A stretch of DNA of 64,000 bases from Sedimentisphaeraceae bacterium JB056 (GTDB lineage: Bacteria > Planctomycetota > Phycisphaerae > Sedimentisphaerales > Sedimentisphaeraceae), in assembly GCA_044440125.1 (NCBI GenBank), contig JBITAJ010000002.1, positions 1-64,000 of the forward strand. The letters are read 5' to 3'. The notes below the pieces were generated by a model, which was given only the letters and a program-made list of their open reading frames with translations, was not told the origin of the DNA and searched no databases. Of this stretch, positions 1 to 9,259 are shown piece by piece. Made by a program: the position numbers and the translations under genes. The stretch's first letter is position 1. Every line of letters begins with the position of its first letter.

Positions 1-2
1 GA

Positions 3-3000
3 AGAACGTGGTATTATGACAGGGATTCTGATTTCGACCTTGTGAGTGTTACCAAGCCGATAACCGGAACATCTGGAAACATCACCAATACGTATACCTA
101 TGATGATGATCATAACCTGCTTACCATGACAGACGGAGCTGACCAGACGTGGCAGAGCAATATTTATACCGATGGCCGCATTTCTGCACAGGCCTACGGC
201 ACGGGGTATTTCAATAATACATATTACTTCCGTCAGGATGACCCGAATATCGTTGACCATGTGTTGACCAACGACCGCAACGGCAATAATCAAACGATGT
301 ATCTTACAAAGACCGGACTGATAAGGCGAAAGGTTGTTGACCTCGGCGGCGGGCAGTCTGCTATTACTGAGTATACATATGATTTTGATGCAACCGGCGC
401 AGAGGAAAGCGAGAGCGAATGTCTTGTAACTCAAATCGATATGCCTGCCGGTGATATCTATGAGTTTGATTATGATAGTTGGGACAATAGGACGAGTCGG
501 ACTCATAAGACGAGTGTGACCGATGCGGGGATAACCACCTCTTACACATATACGAATAATATATTCAGCTTACCTACAAGCGTTACTGACGGGCAGGGCA
601 ATACAACAGGCTTTACTTATGATACGAGCTTTAATCTGACTAAGATTACCTTGCCGCAAGTGGAGGTTAGTGATCCGAATAATCCGGGTACTCTTCAGAC
701 GGTAAGCCCTGAATATGAGTTTACGTATAATGCTTACGGTCAGGTTCAAAACGTGTATCTGCCTGATGGAACAAAGGTTCATTACGGCTACGATGGAGAC
801 GGGTTTGTAACAAGCGTTATCTATGATTACGGCACATCAGAGGAAAACCAGAATATTACATACAGCTTTACCTATGACAGCCGTGGCAATATTGCAAGCG
901 TAACCGATCCTGATAATATTGTAACCGGCTATGACTATGACAATATAAACCGGCTCATTGAGATATCCGATGCCTTGAACTCAAAAACAAAGTTTACTTA
1001 TAATGATGCTTCGCTTGTAAGTGGTGTCAGCCGTCAGCTTGGAGCAAGCTTCAACGAAAACACCGCGATAAGCTCATCGTTTACTTATAACAGCGTTGAT
1101 AAACTTACGAGTATTACCGATTCACTTGGCAGGGTAACGCAGTTTACGCTTGATAATAATGATAATATCGAAGAAGCGGCAGATGCTCAGGGGTATGTGA
1201 GCGGCTATAGCACTCTTTACAGCTATAACGCATTAGATCAGGTGACAAGTGTTACTAAGCCGGAGGATTATGATACTGCCGCGGGTAATCAGAATATTAC
1301 GAGCATTGATTATACTGTTGATGGCTTGACTGAGACAGTTACCGATGCCGCGGGCGAAAAGACTAACTATTATTATGATGGGTATCGCAGGCTTATAAAA
1401 GTAGAATATCCAGATTTGAGTAGTGAAGAATATACATACGATGATAATGGAAACATCCTAAGCGAGACAAAGCGTGACGGCTCTGCAATCTATTATAGTT
1501 ATGATTCGCTTGGCAGACTTGTTGACAAGGGAGTTGATCCCGCAAGCGGCGAAGATCTGATTGGCACTACTAACGGCCTGCTTGATGGGTACATGACTAC
1601 CGGCACGTGGACTGCGACAACCGACAGCACGTGTATCGGCGGCAGGTACGCGATGACGACCGACCCGAACGCTACCTATACGCTCTTTGGAAATGAGGCG
1701 GGCAGGTTTGCGGTGCTTGTGCGTTTCCCATCGTTTGGAACTTCAAGCAACAGTGATGCGAAGGTTCTATTCGGCAATCGGCTTGAGCCTGACGCTGAGT
1801 TCGTTCTTGATCAGAGCAGCGGCGGAGACAGCTGGGTTTATGTAGGAGTTGGTGAGTTTGGAGAGTTGCCTCAAGTTACCCTCTACAGCAACGGCAGCAG
1901 CGATATCACATCGATTGATGCGGTGAAGTTTGTGCCTGTAAAATCCTTCGAGTATGATGCCGTTGGCAGGATTACCAAGGCCGGAGCAAATACTTTTACT
2001 TATGACAGCGCGGGTAGACTTGCTTCCGAGACCGATGGCCTTGGCCGTGAGGTCAGCTATGAGTATACAGCCGCCGGAAGACGCAGCAAACTTACATGGC
2101 CCGATGGCTTCTATGTTACTTATGGGTACGATGCTTGCGGACGATTGGATGAGATTAAGAAAAGTAATGGTTCTACTATCTGGAGTTGCTCCTATGATGC
2201 CGCCGGTCGCCGTACTCAGACAACGGGCGTATACGGGCTGATAACCACCTATGATTATGAGGATGTATCAAGTACTGTTGAAGATGAACGGGGAATTTAT
2301 CTTGATGGGTTGAGTAATACGCTGGGAACACTAAGTCTTGACTATAACTATTCAAGAGACCTTGCCGGTAACATCACCACAGAGACAAGCGGCGGCGTCG
2401 ATATCAGCTATCTCTACGATAAGAATTATTCGCTGACCGATGTTGATTATGAGACCTGCGATGATCTGGCTTTCGATTATGATAATCTTCTCAATCGCGT
2501 GAGCTTGACAGAAGGCAGTACAACTACGAACTACACGCAAAACCTGCTTGGACTCAATCAGTATTCAACAGTCGGCACAACAAACGTTGCGTATGATGAC
2601 AACGGCAACCTCACGCAGCAGGGTACGTGGCATTATCTCTACAATTGTGAAAATCAAATGATTGCCACATATAATCTCACCGGCGACCCGAATGAAGTCG
2701 TTGTCAGTCTTTACGGCTATGATGAATTTGGCAGAAGGACAAACAAGGCATCAGCGGTTGGCGTTGAATCAACAACCGGCTCCGTTGCAGAGAGCTATCT
2801 CTATGACGGCTTCCAGGTTATTGGCGAGTATAATACTGATGGCTTGCATATCAAACGCAGATTTATATATGCTTCCGGTATTGATGAGCCTATTTGTATG
2901 GTGGTTGAACCTAATCATCAGGGCTGGTATGGCTTGGATGAATTCCACAGTATAGCATATTCATGGCTGTGTGAGAGCGGCGATGCTTGTTATAACTCAG

Positions 3001-3935
3001 AATACGATTATAACACAGATGATATTATCGATTCCGATGATTTGTCACAGTTTGTTGCAGACTATTATCTTGACGACCGCCCGTTTACCGAAAATACAAA
3101 ATACTACGGCTATGTGTTTGATGGAACTGGCAATGTAGTAGCAATGACCTATTGTAACGACCCGAACGAGACAGGCAACCCCAATGAACTGCCATACTTC
3201 GTAGAAACTTACAAATACGACCCATTTGGAGCCGTAACAATCTACGACCCGAACGGCGTATCTCTAACAGATTCAGCCATTAGCAACCCGTACATGTTCA
3301 CTGGAAGGCGCTACGATAGCGAAAGCGGCTTGTACTATTACCGTTATAGAATGTATTCGCCTGAATTAGGCCGTTTCATGCAAACCGACCCGATCGGTTA
3401 TTATGATTCCATGAACCTGTATCAATATTGTAGGAATAATCCTATTAACTACAGTGATCCAATGGGGTTATATCCACATATTCTTGAGCAATATTTGACC
3501 CAAAAGCCTAAAAGGCGAAAGCCTCCACACCAAGCATCTGCTGCGCCTGGAGCAGAAGGAAGTCGAGAGAATCCTCATCCACTGACTAGGGATAAGTTGA
3601 AAGACAAGGTGCGTTCATTGGCTATGCCACGAACACCAATCGAGATGCTTTGGTTTGATCCTGGTTCTTATTATAATCATAGTGGGCATTATTATACTTA
3701 TAATGGAAAAAAGTACAGAGGTGAAGAAGTTAATTATATAGGAGTTGGTGCCGCTGCTGCACATTTTGGTTGTCGAAGTGGGGCAGCTATTCCTAATACT
3801 TTTAGTGTTATGTTCCATTACCATAAGGCATCAGGAAATGAAATAATGTTTTTCAATTTAGGGTTTGAACTTTATGAAGAACTTCATCCTAATAACTCTA
3901 AATCATTGCCGCCATATACTTGGCCTATTTATTAA
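3..3935 (+). CDS. Rhs/YD-repeat polymorphic toxin, 5'-truncated by the window edge
   Basis: Many YD repeats and an Rhs core end (PYMFTGRRYDSESGLYYYRYRMYSPELGRFMQTDPIG...NPINYSDPMGL), followed by a ~154-aa variable C-terminus. The frame is open upstream of the GTG at 42 back to position 3, so the true start lies outside the window. Confidence 0.95.
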   Translation, partial: RTWYYDRDSDFDLVSVTKPITGTSGNITNTYTYDDDHNLLTMTDGADQTWQSNIYTDGRISAQAYGTGYFNNTYYFRQDDPNIVDHVLTNDRNGNNQTMYLTKTGLIRRKVVDLGGGQSAITEYTYDFDATGAEESESECLVTQIDMPAGDIYEFDYDSWDNRTSRTHKTSVTDAGITTSYTYTNNIFSLPTSVTDGQGNTTGFTYDTSFNLTKITLPQVEVSDPNNPGTLQTVSPEYEFTYNAYGQVQNVYLPDGTKVHYGYDGDGFVTSVIYDYGTSEENQNITYSFTYDSRGNIASVTDPDNIVTGYDYDNINRLIEISDALNSKTKFTYNDASLVSGVSRQLGASFNENTAISSSFTYNSVDKLTSITDSLGRVTQFTLDNNDNIEEAADAQGYVSGYSTLYSYNALDQVTSVTKPEDYDTAAGNQNITSIDYTVDGLTETVTDAAGEKTNYYYDGYRRLIKVEYPDLSSEEYTYDDNGNILSETKRDGSAIYYSYDSLGRLVDKGVDPASGEDLIGTTNGLLDGYMTTGTWTATTDSTCIGGRYAMTTDPNATYTLFGNEAGRFAVLVRFPSFGTSSNSDAKVLFGNRLEPDAEFVLDQSSGGDSWVYVGVGEFGELPQVTLYSNGSSDITSIDAVKFVPVKSFEYDAVGRITKAGANTFTYDSAGRLASETDGLGREVSYEYTAAGRRSKLTWPDGFYVTYGYDACGRLDEIKKSNGSTIWSCSYDAAGRRTQTTGVYGLITTYDYEDVSSTVEDERGIYLDGLSNTLGTLSLDYNYSRDLAGNITTETSGGVDISYLYDKNYSLTDVDYETCDDLAFDYDNLLNRVSLTEGSTTTNYTQNLLGLNQYSTVGTTNVAYDDNGNLTQQGTWHYLYNCENQMIATYNLTGDPNEVVVSLYGYDEFGRRTNKASAVGVESTTGSVAESYLYDGFQVIGEYNTDGLHIKRRFIYASGIDEPICMVVEPNHQGWYGLDEFHSIAYSWLCESGDACYNSEYDYNTDDIIDSDDLSQFVADYYLDDRPFTENTKYYGYVFDGTGNVVAMTYCNDPNETGNPNELPYFVETYKYDPFGAVTIYDPNGVSLTDSAISNPYMFTGRRYDSESGLYYYRYRMYSPELGRFMQTDPIGYYDSMNLYQYCRNNPINYSDPMGLYPHILEQYLTQKPKRRKPPHQASAAPGAEGSRENPHPLTRDKLKDKVRSLAMPRTPIEMLWFDPGSYYNHSGHYYTYNGKKYRGEEVNYIGVGAAAAHFGCRSGAAIPNTFSVMFHYHKASGNEIMFFNLGFELYEELHPNNSKSLPPYTWPIY

Positions 3936-3964
3936 AAAATTACATATTGTGATAAGGTGAAACT

Positions 3965-4657
3965 ATGATAAAGTTACAAATTGGATGTTACAGATATAGG
4001 TTTCTTGCGATTATTTGTGGTGTTTTTCTTAGCCTATTATATTTTACTTTCGGTTATATTTTAGGCAGTTCTTACTTTGAACCTAATAGGGAGATATTGC
4101 TTTCAATAGTGATGACGTTTTTTCTAATAGTCCTCTTTTTTCTGCTGCCAGTTTCAATTTTGGCTGTCGGGTTAATACATCTAAAATCAAAGTCTAAAAG
4201 TAAAAGATTAATGTCTTTCTTATTGTTTGGCATCAGTTTGTATGTGTCTTTTTTTCTATTACATCCATTCAGATGGTATGTTGCTTGTGGATTTACTCAG
4301 CAGGTGAAACAGAATGTAAATGTTGTAAGCATAAAAGAGTGGCTTGTGTCAGCTCAGCCGACGGTCGAGGGTGATTATTTTAGTGATTATGAATTAGATT
4401 CATTGCCAGAAGTTGTTAGTGAGTTGAATCCAAGGTATGTTCAATTTTATAATAATGACGGTAAGCGAGCAATTAAGCTGATGTATGGTGGAGTATATAC
4501 GGGTCAATTTGGTTTGATTGTTTTTAATGACAGTGTTAATGACATTAAAGAAATATTTGATTATGAAGATTATATTTTCAAAAAGATTTCAGATAATGCA
4601 TATGTATGGGTTGGAAAGGTAAATCAAAAACCTTTTATTGCATCCACTTTTCAATAA
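3965..4657 (+). CDS. Membrane protein (about 3 N-terminal TM helices plus a soluble domain), candidate Rhs immunity protein
   Basis: Starts 29 bp after the Rhs stop, is AT-rich and has an AAGGTG RBS. The immunity role is inferred from position only. Confidence 0.7.
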   Translation: MIKLQIGCYRYRFLAIICGVFLSLLYFTFGYILGSSYFEPNREILLSIVMTFFLIVLFFLLPVSILAVGLIHLKSKSKSKRLMSFLLFGISLYVSFFLLHPFRWYVACGFTQQVKQNVNVVSIKEWLVSAQPTVEGDYFSDYELDSLPEVVSELNPRYVQFYNNDGKRAIKLMYGGVYTGQFGLIVFNDSVNDIKEIFDYEDYIFKKISDNAYVWVGKVNQKPFIASTFQ

Positions 4658-4681
4658 AGTAGTTTCTATGAAGGATTTTAT

Positions 4682-4855
4682 ATGGAAGTAATAGATGCGG
4701 TTGTAATTAACCTGATAGCGTTAATAGTGTCAAGTCCCAGAATTAGATTGCTGAGTAAGAAAATGAAGTTGCCGGTAAGATTAGAGAATATTGTCTTCAT
4801 AATTTCTATTTTAGGATTGTCAGCATCGGTTATAAGCTTATTTTTCAAGCAGTAA
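4682..4855 (+). CDS. Small 57-aa two-TM membrane protein (not in the ORF track)
   Basis: GAAGGA RBS, ATG at 4682, TAA at 4853-4855. Translation: MEVIDAVVINLIALIVSSPRIRLLSKKMKLPVRLENIVFIISILGLSASVISLFFKQ. It has an adjacent paralog. Confidence 0.65.
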   Translation: MEVIDAVVINLIALIVSSPRIRLLSKKMKLPVRLENIVFIISILGLSASVISLFFKQ

Positions 4856-4876
4856 CTTATTCTGTGAGGTTTGTAT

Positions 4877-5045
4877 ATGTTAAGAATTATTATAACCAGT
4901 TTGATTTTTATTGGATTGACAAATCCTAAAGTACGTCTGCTGAGTAAAAAAAATTAACTGCCCTGCTAAAGTAGAGTTTTTGATTTTCATCTTGAGTTTA
5001 ATTGCTCTTTTTTCGGCAATAATAAGCACTGTACTTAAAAATTGA
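4877..5045 (+). pseudogene. Paralog of 4682-4855, frameshifted at an A8 run (4946-4953)
   Basis: GAGGT RBS and ATG at 4877. Removing one A gives MLRIIITSLIFIGLTNPKVRLLSKKINCPAKVEFLIFILSLIALFSAIISTVLKN*, colinear with the upstream ORF (shared PxxRLLSKK motif). Confidence 0.6.
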
Positions 5046-5057
5046 AAGGAGCAGGTT

Positions 5058-5291
5058 ATGGATTTGAAAGTATGGTTATTAACGCTTGTAATGGAGATAA
5101 TTCTCTTACTGGGTTTGCTTGTCTATTGGTTTCTTAGTTTTATTGTTTTATGCAAGAGCGGAAAAGAATTTGAGCATGATGAACTAAAAGAGAAATACCG
5201 TTTAAAAATTCTAAAACTGAAAAGAGTATTAAGGAGCTTGCTAATAGCAATTATATTTACAATCGTTATTATTATAGTTTTTAGCATATAA
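5058..5291 (+). CDS. Small two-TM membrane protein
   Basis: Strong AAGGAG RBS. Two hydrophobic helices flank a charged loop. Confidence 0.65.
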   Translation: MDLKVWLLTLVMEIILLLGLLVYWFLSFIVLCKSGKEFEHDELKEKYRLKILKLKRVLRSLLIAIIFTIVIIIVFSI

Positions 5292-5423
5292 TTGACCAAT
5301 ACCCGAATGAGGCGGCTATGATCTCTATTCTTAAAGATAAGTGTAGGCAACAAACCAATAAACAGCTTCTATTGTGACTGATGCTTTGGATGGTACAATT
5401 GCCTACTCATAAAATAAATCGAT

Positions 5424-5452
5424 TTGCAAATTACCGGCAAAAATGCTATACT
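5424..5452 (+). promoter_or_regulatory. Sigma70-type promoter (TTGCAA-17-TATACT, extended -10 TG)
   Basis: Near-consensus hexamers with 17-bp spacing, upstream of 5527. Confidence 0.55.
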
Positions 5453-5526
5453 TCTCGTGTAATTTGTAGAGGTTTTTAAGGATTCGCTGCATCTTAGAGC
5501 GAATATTTAGCACGAAAGGGAAATTC

Positions 5527-8109
5527 ATGGCAACTTGGGAAAGTACAGGCATAAATGGTCTTGATAAAGTACTTTGCGGTCTTCGGAAAGGCGACAATGT
5601 CGTATTGCAGGTAGACAGTATCGATGATTTTGGTAAATTTGTAACACCATATATTCAGCAATCAATAAAAGATCAGCGTAACATTGTTTATGTTCGATTT
5701 GCCGCACACCGGCCGCTTGTTGATGACCATCCTCAAATAACAGTTTACAATCTTGAGGCGATGAATGGATTTGAGAGTTTTTCATCAGAAGTTCATAATA
5801 TCATATCAAAACATGGGTTCGGAGCCTATTACGTTTTTGATTGTCTTTCCGATCTCCTCAAAGCATGGGCTACCGATCTTATGATTGGTAATTTTTTCAA
5901 AGTCACCTGCCCTTACCTTTTTGAACTTGACACTATTGCTTATTTCGCTATTCTCCGTGACCACCATTCTTTTCAGACAGTAGCAAGAATACGCGAAACG
6001 ACACAACTGCTTCTGGATATTTACCATTTCGACGACAGTATCTATGTACATCCACTGAAAGTATGGAACAGATATGCACCGACAATGTTTTTGCCGCACC
6101 GCCAAAACGGTGATGAATTCTCTCCGGTAATAAGCAGCATCGATGCAAGCAAATTACTATCACGTATATCGCAAAAGAGCGCTAGAGATTCCGAAAGACA
6201 ACTCGACTACTGGGACAAGCTTTTCATTCAAGCCAATAAACTCGGAGAAAGCACCGAATGTTCAAAGCAGGTCCAAGGAATTAAAAGCGAACTTTGCAGG
6301 CTTATAATCGGAAGTGAAAAAAGAATATCTGAAATGTCGCAGAAATATTTCAGTCTTGAAGACTTAATGAGCATAAAAAGCAGGCTTGTGGGCAGCGGGT
6401 TTATTGGCGGCAAGGCTGCCGGTATGCTGCTTGCGCAAAACATATTACTGCAGGAGAAGGAACTTAACTGGACCGACTACATGGAGCCTCACGATTCATT
6501 TTATGTCGGTTCAGATGTATTCTACAGCTATGTTGTAGAGAACGGCTGGTGGAAACTGCTAATGCAGCAGAAAACAAAAGAAGGATACTTTGATGTTGCT
6601 CCCGAAATTCAGCGAAATTTTTTAAAAGGTAAATTTCCGGCTCAAATACGTGAACGGTTCCAGGAAATCATCGAATACTATGGTCAATCGCCTATTATTG
6701 TACGTTCGAGCAGTCTACTTGAAGACTCCTTCGGTAATGCTTTTGCCGGTAAATACGAAAGCATTTTTCTTGTTAATCAGGGTGACCCTGACCAGCGTTA
6801 TAAAGCATTTGAGAATGCAGTTCGCCGTGTTTATGCAAGTACTATGAGCCAGGAAGCACTTGCATACAGACTCCACAGAGGCCTTGATGAACACGACGAG
6901 CAGATGGCTCTGTTGGTTCAGAGAGTGTCAGGCTCTTACAAAAAGAGTGACTTTTTTCCCGATCTCGGCGGCGTCGGAATATCCTACAACACCTTTGTAT
7001 GGAATAAAGAACTCGACCCGAAAGCAGGAATGCTCAGGTTGGTATTTGGACTGGGAACAAGAGCCGTTGACCGGGTCAAAGACGACTACCCACAGACAAT
7101 AGCACTTGACAAACCAATGCTTCGTCCGCATGCAGCAAGAGAAGATATGATCCGCTTTTCACAAAGGAAAGTTGACGTACTTAATTTGTCGGAAAATGAA
7201 CTAACAACCTACGAAGCCGACAAAGTCCTAAACGACAACCCGGAACTCAATATATCGCTGATTGCTGCAGAAGACATGGAAACGCAGCAAAAGCGAAAGG
7301 AGCTCGGCCTAAAAGCTCAGCGATCATGGATACTTACATTCGAAAACCTCCTTACAAAAACAAACTTCACCGAAACAATGCAGAGAATGCTCAAAACACT
7401 CGAAAAACATTACGATTATCCTGTGGATGTTGAGTTTACTGTCAATTTCAGCGGTGAAGAAGATTTCAGGATAAATATAGTCCAGTGCCGCCCTCTCCAA
7501 ACCAAAGGAATCAAAGCGGGCGTTAACATACCCAAACATATTGACAGTGAAAAAATCCTCATATCTTCAGAAGGCCATACTATGGGCGGCAATATCTCAC
7601 AAACGATATCACGCCTGATATACATTGATCCAGAAAGATATGTTGCCCTGCCCAATAGTGAAAAATACAGCATAGCTCGTATTATCGGCAAGCTTAACCA
7701 CCTTATAAACGACAAAGAACTGATGCCTGTAATGCTTATGGGGCCCGGACGCTGGGGAACAACAACCCCAAGCCTTGGTGTACCTGTAAACTTCGGCGAA
7801 ATAAACAAGACTACAATACTCGTGGAAATGGCATACGAAGCCGGTCAGCTCATGCCAGAGCTCTCATTCGGATCACACTTCTTCCAGGACCTCGTAGAAA
7901 GCGACATATTCTACCTTGCCCTCTATCCGCAAAAAAAAGGCGTAGTCTTTAATTATGACAAAATTGAAGGCATGGACAATATGTTGAATGAATTAGTTCC
8001 TGAAGCCGAAAACTATTCAGACGTTATAAAGGTTTTTGAATTCAATGACTCACCACTGCAGATAATCAGCAATCTTATCTCGCAAAAATCAGTCTGTTTT
8101 TTCAAATAA
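5527..8109 (+). CDS. PEP/pyruvate-binding (PPDK_N, PEP synthase-like) domain protein with a degenerate N-terminal RecA/KaiC-like domain
   Basis: Motifs IGGKA, VRSSSLLED..AFAGKYES, VFGLGTRAV, VDVEF and QCRPL. The N-terminus reads STGINGLDKVL.GL. Confidence 0.85.
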   Translation: MATWESTGINGLDKVLCGLRKGDNVVLQVDSIDDFGKFVTPYIQQSIKDQRNIVYVRFAAHRPLVDDHPQITVYNLEAMNGFESFSSEVHNIISKHGFGAYYVFDCLSDLLKAWATDLMIGNFFKVTCPYLFELDTIAYFAILRDHHSFQTVARIRETTQLLLDIYHFDDSIYVHPLKVWNRYAPTMFLPHRQNGDEFSPVISSIDASKLLSRISQKSARDSERQLDYWDKLFIQANKLGESTECSKQVQGIKSELCRLIIGSEKRISEMSQKYFSLEDLMSIKSRLVGSGFIGGKAAGMLLAQNILLQEKELNWTDYMEPHDSFYVGSDVFYSYVVENGWWKLLMQQKTKEGYFDVAPEIQRNFLKGKFPAQIRERFQEIIEYYGQSPIIVRSSSLLEDSFGNAFAGKYESIFLVNQGDPDQRYKAFENAVRRVYASTMSQEALAYRLHRGLDEHDEQMALLVQRVSGSYKKSDFFPDLGGVGISYNTFVWNKELDPKAGMLRLVFGLGTRAVDRVKDDYPQTIALDKPMLRPHAAREDMIRFSQRKVDVLNLSENELTTYEADKVLNDNPELNISLIAAEDMETQQKRKELGLKAQRSWILTFENLLTKTNFTETMQRMLKTLEKHYDYPVDVEFTVNFSGEEDFRINIVQCRPLQTKGIKAGVNIPKHIDSEKILISSEGHTMGGNISQTISRLIYIDPERYVALPNSEKYSIARIIGKLNHLINDKELMPVMLMGPGRWGTTTPSLGVPVNFGEINKTTILVEMAYEAGQLMPELSFGSHFFQDLVESDIFYLALYPQKKGVVFNYDKIEGMDNMLNELVPEAENYSDVIKVFEFNDSPLQIISNLISQKSVCFFK

Positions 8110-8137
8110 TCCAATAATCTCTATTGATTTCTCAGAA

Positions 8138-8890
8138 TCAGAAAGTGTAAAGCAGGCCTGTCATTAAAACTGCCTCATAGGTGCTGTCTACGATAGGACT
8201 GTTGCTAATTTCATCATCGAGCCATTTATAGCCAAGCAAAGTTATAAGTGACCATTTTTCGTTCAGTTCATAGCCGATGTTCAGGCTTACAAACGGATTC
8301 CATGCTTCGGATACATTATACTCTGGTCTGCCGGGCATTTGTTCGTCTGCCCTTACGCCGTAATAGTAATCGCAAAGATTACTGCTGCCGTAAATAACAC
8401 CCACCGATGGCGTTAAAGAGAACGCTTTCTTCGAGAACCTTTTTGAGTAGCTGAGCATCACTTCCTGCCCATCGTGATAGCCCAGCATATCAGTTAGAAA
8501 TGAAGCCGTAGTTTTTCCCCATCCGTCAGAGTAAGCAATCTGGATACCGCCGTCAAGCGTCATCTCGCGATCATCCATGCCGTCAAGATAGTCGCTGTCA
8601 TCTTCTTCATAACCGTCAAACCGCCATTTGGCAATCAAGCTCGCCGAAAACTTATCTGCTTCAAAGATTTCGTAACCAATCATACTTCCAGAAACGCCGA
8701 ATTTCCCATAGTTGTAGTATATCATAGGCACTGGGAAAACTCTCTCATTATCACCCTTGTATAGACTGTTGCCGATTGCAATCCCAAGCCCTGCCTTAAA
8801 ACTCCTGTCCTGAGAAGGACGCTCAGCCTCGGCAGAAAAAGAAACTCCTGCAAAAATCAAAACCGCAAAAACAATCTTCTTGTTAATCAT
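8138..8890 (-). CDS. MipA/OmpV-family outer membrane protein
   Basis: Signal peptide; motifs YKG...VFPVP, DYYYGV and ISNSPIVD; terminal YTF. Confidence 0.85.
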   Translation of the reverse strand: MINKKIVFAVLIFAGVSFSAEAERPSQDRSFKAGLGIAIGNSLYKGDNERVFPVPMIYYNYGKFGVSGSMIGYEIFEADKFSASLIAKWRFDGYEEDDSDYLDGMDDREMTLDGGIQIAYSDGWGKTTASFLTDMLGYHDGQEVMLSYSKRFSKKAFSLTPSVGVIYGSSNLCDYYYGVRADEQMPGRPEYNVSEAWNPFVSLNIGYELNEKWSLITLLGYKWLDDEISNSPIVDSTYEAVLMTGLLYTF

Positions 8891-9133
8891 AAAAAACCTT
8901 TCTCCAAATCATAGAATAAAAATCTATAAATAGTCCTTAAAGCAGAACAGCATCAAATTATACAAAACATTCCCCATAATGTCCACTAAGCAATCTTATT
9001 TTACAATTCTCTGAACTCATGACAGAAAATGTATCGGTCCTGATTTATATTAAAACAGCAAAATAAAACACAGATTTTGCCAGCAAATAAGTTTTTGCCG
9101 GTATCGCAGGCTTAAAAACGCATCAAATTAATA

Positions 9134-9162
9134 TTGACAAAATTACTACAGTCTAATATTAT
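9134..9162 (+). promoter_or_regulatory. Sigma70-type promoter (TTGACA-17-TATTAT)
   Basis: Near-consensus hexamers upstream of 9260. Confidence 0.5.
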
Positions 9163-9259
9163 TCATTTATACCCAGTTTGCATGTTTTGCGAGCTGTTAA
9201 GCATCTGATTGTTTCAGGTGTATGATTTAAAATAAGATGATATTTTAAATGAAAGTGAT

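Noticed and set aside
8950..9130. GCATCAAATTA repeated twice in the mipA/CBM9 intergenic region
   Set aside because: It is only 11 bp in AT-rich sequence and non-palindromic, so it may be chance.
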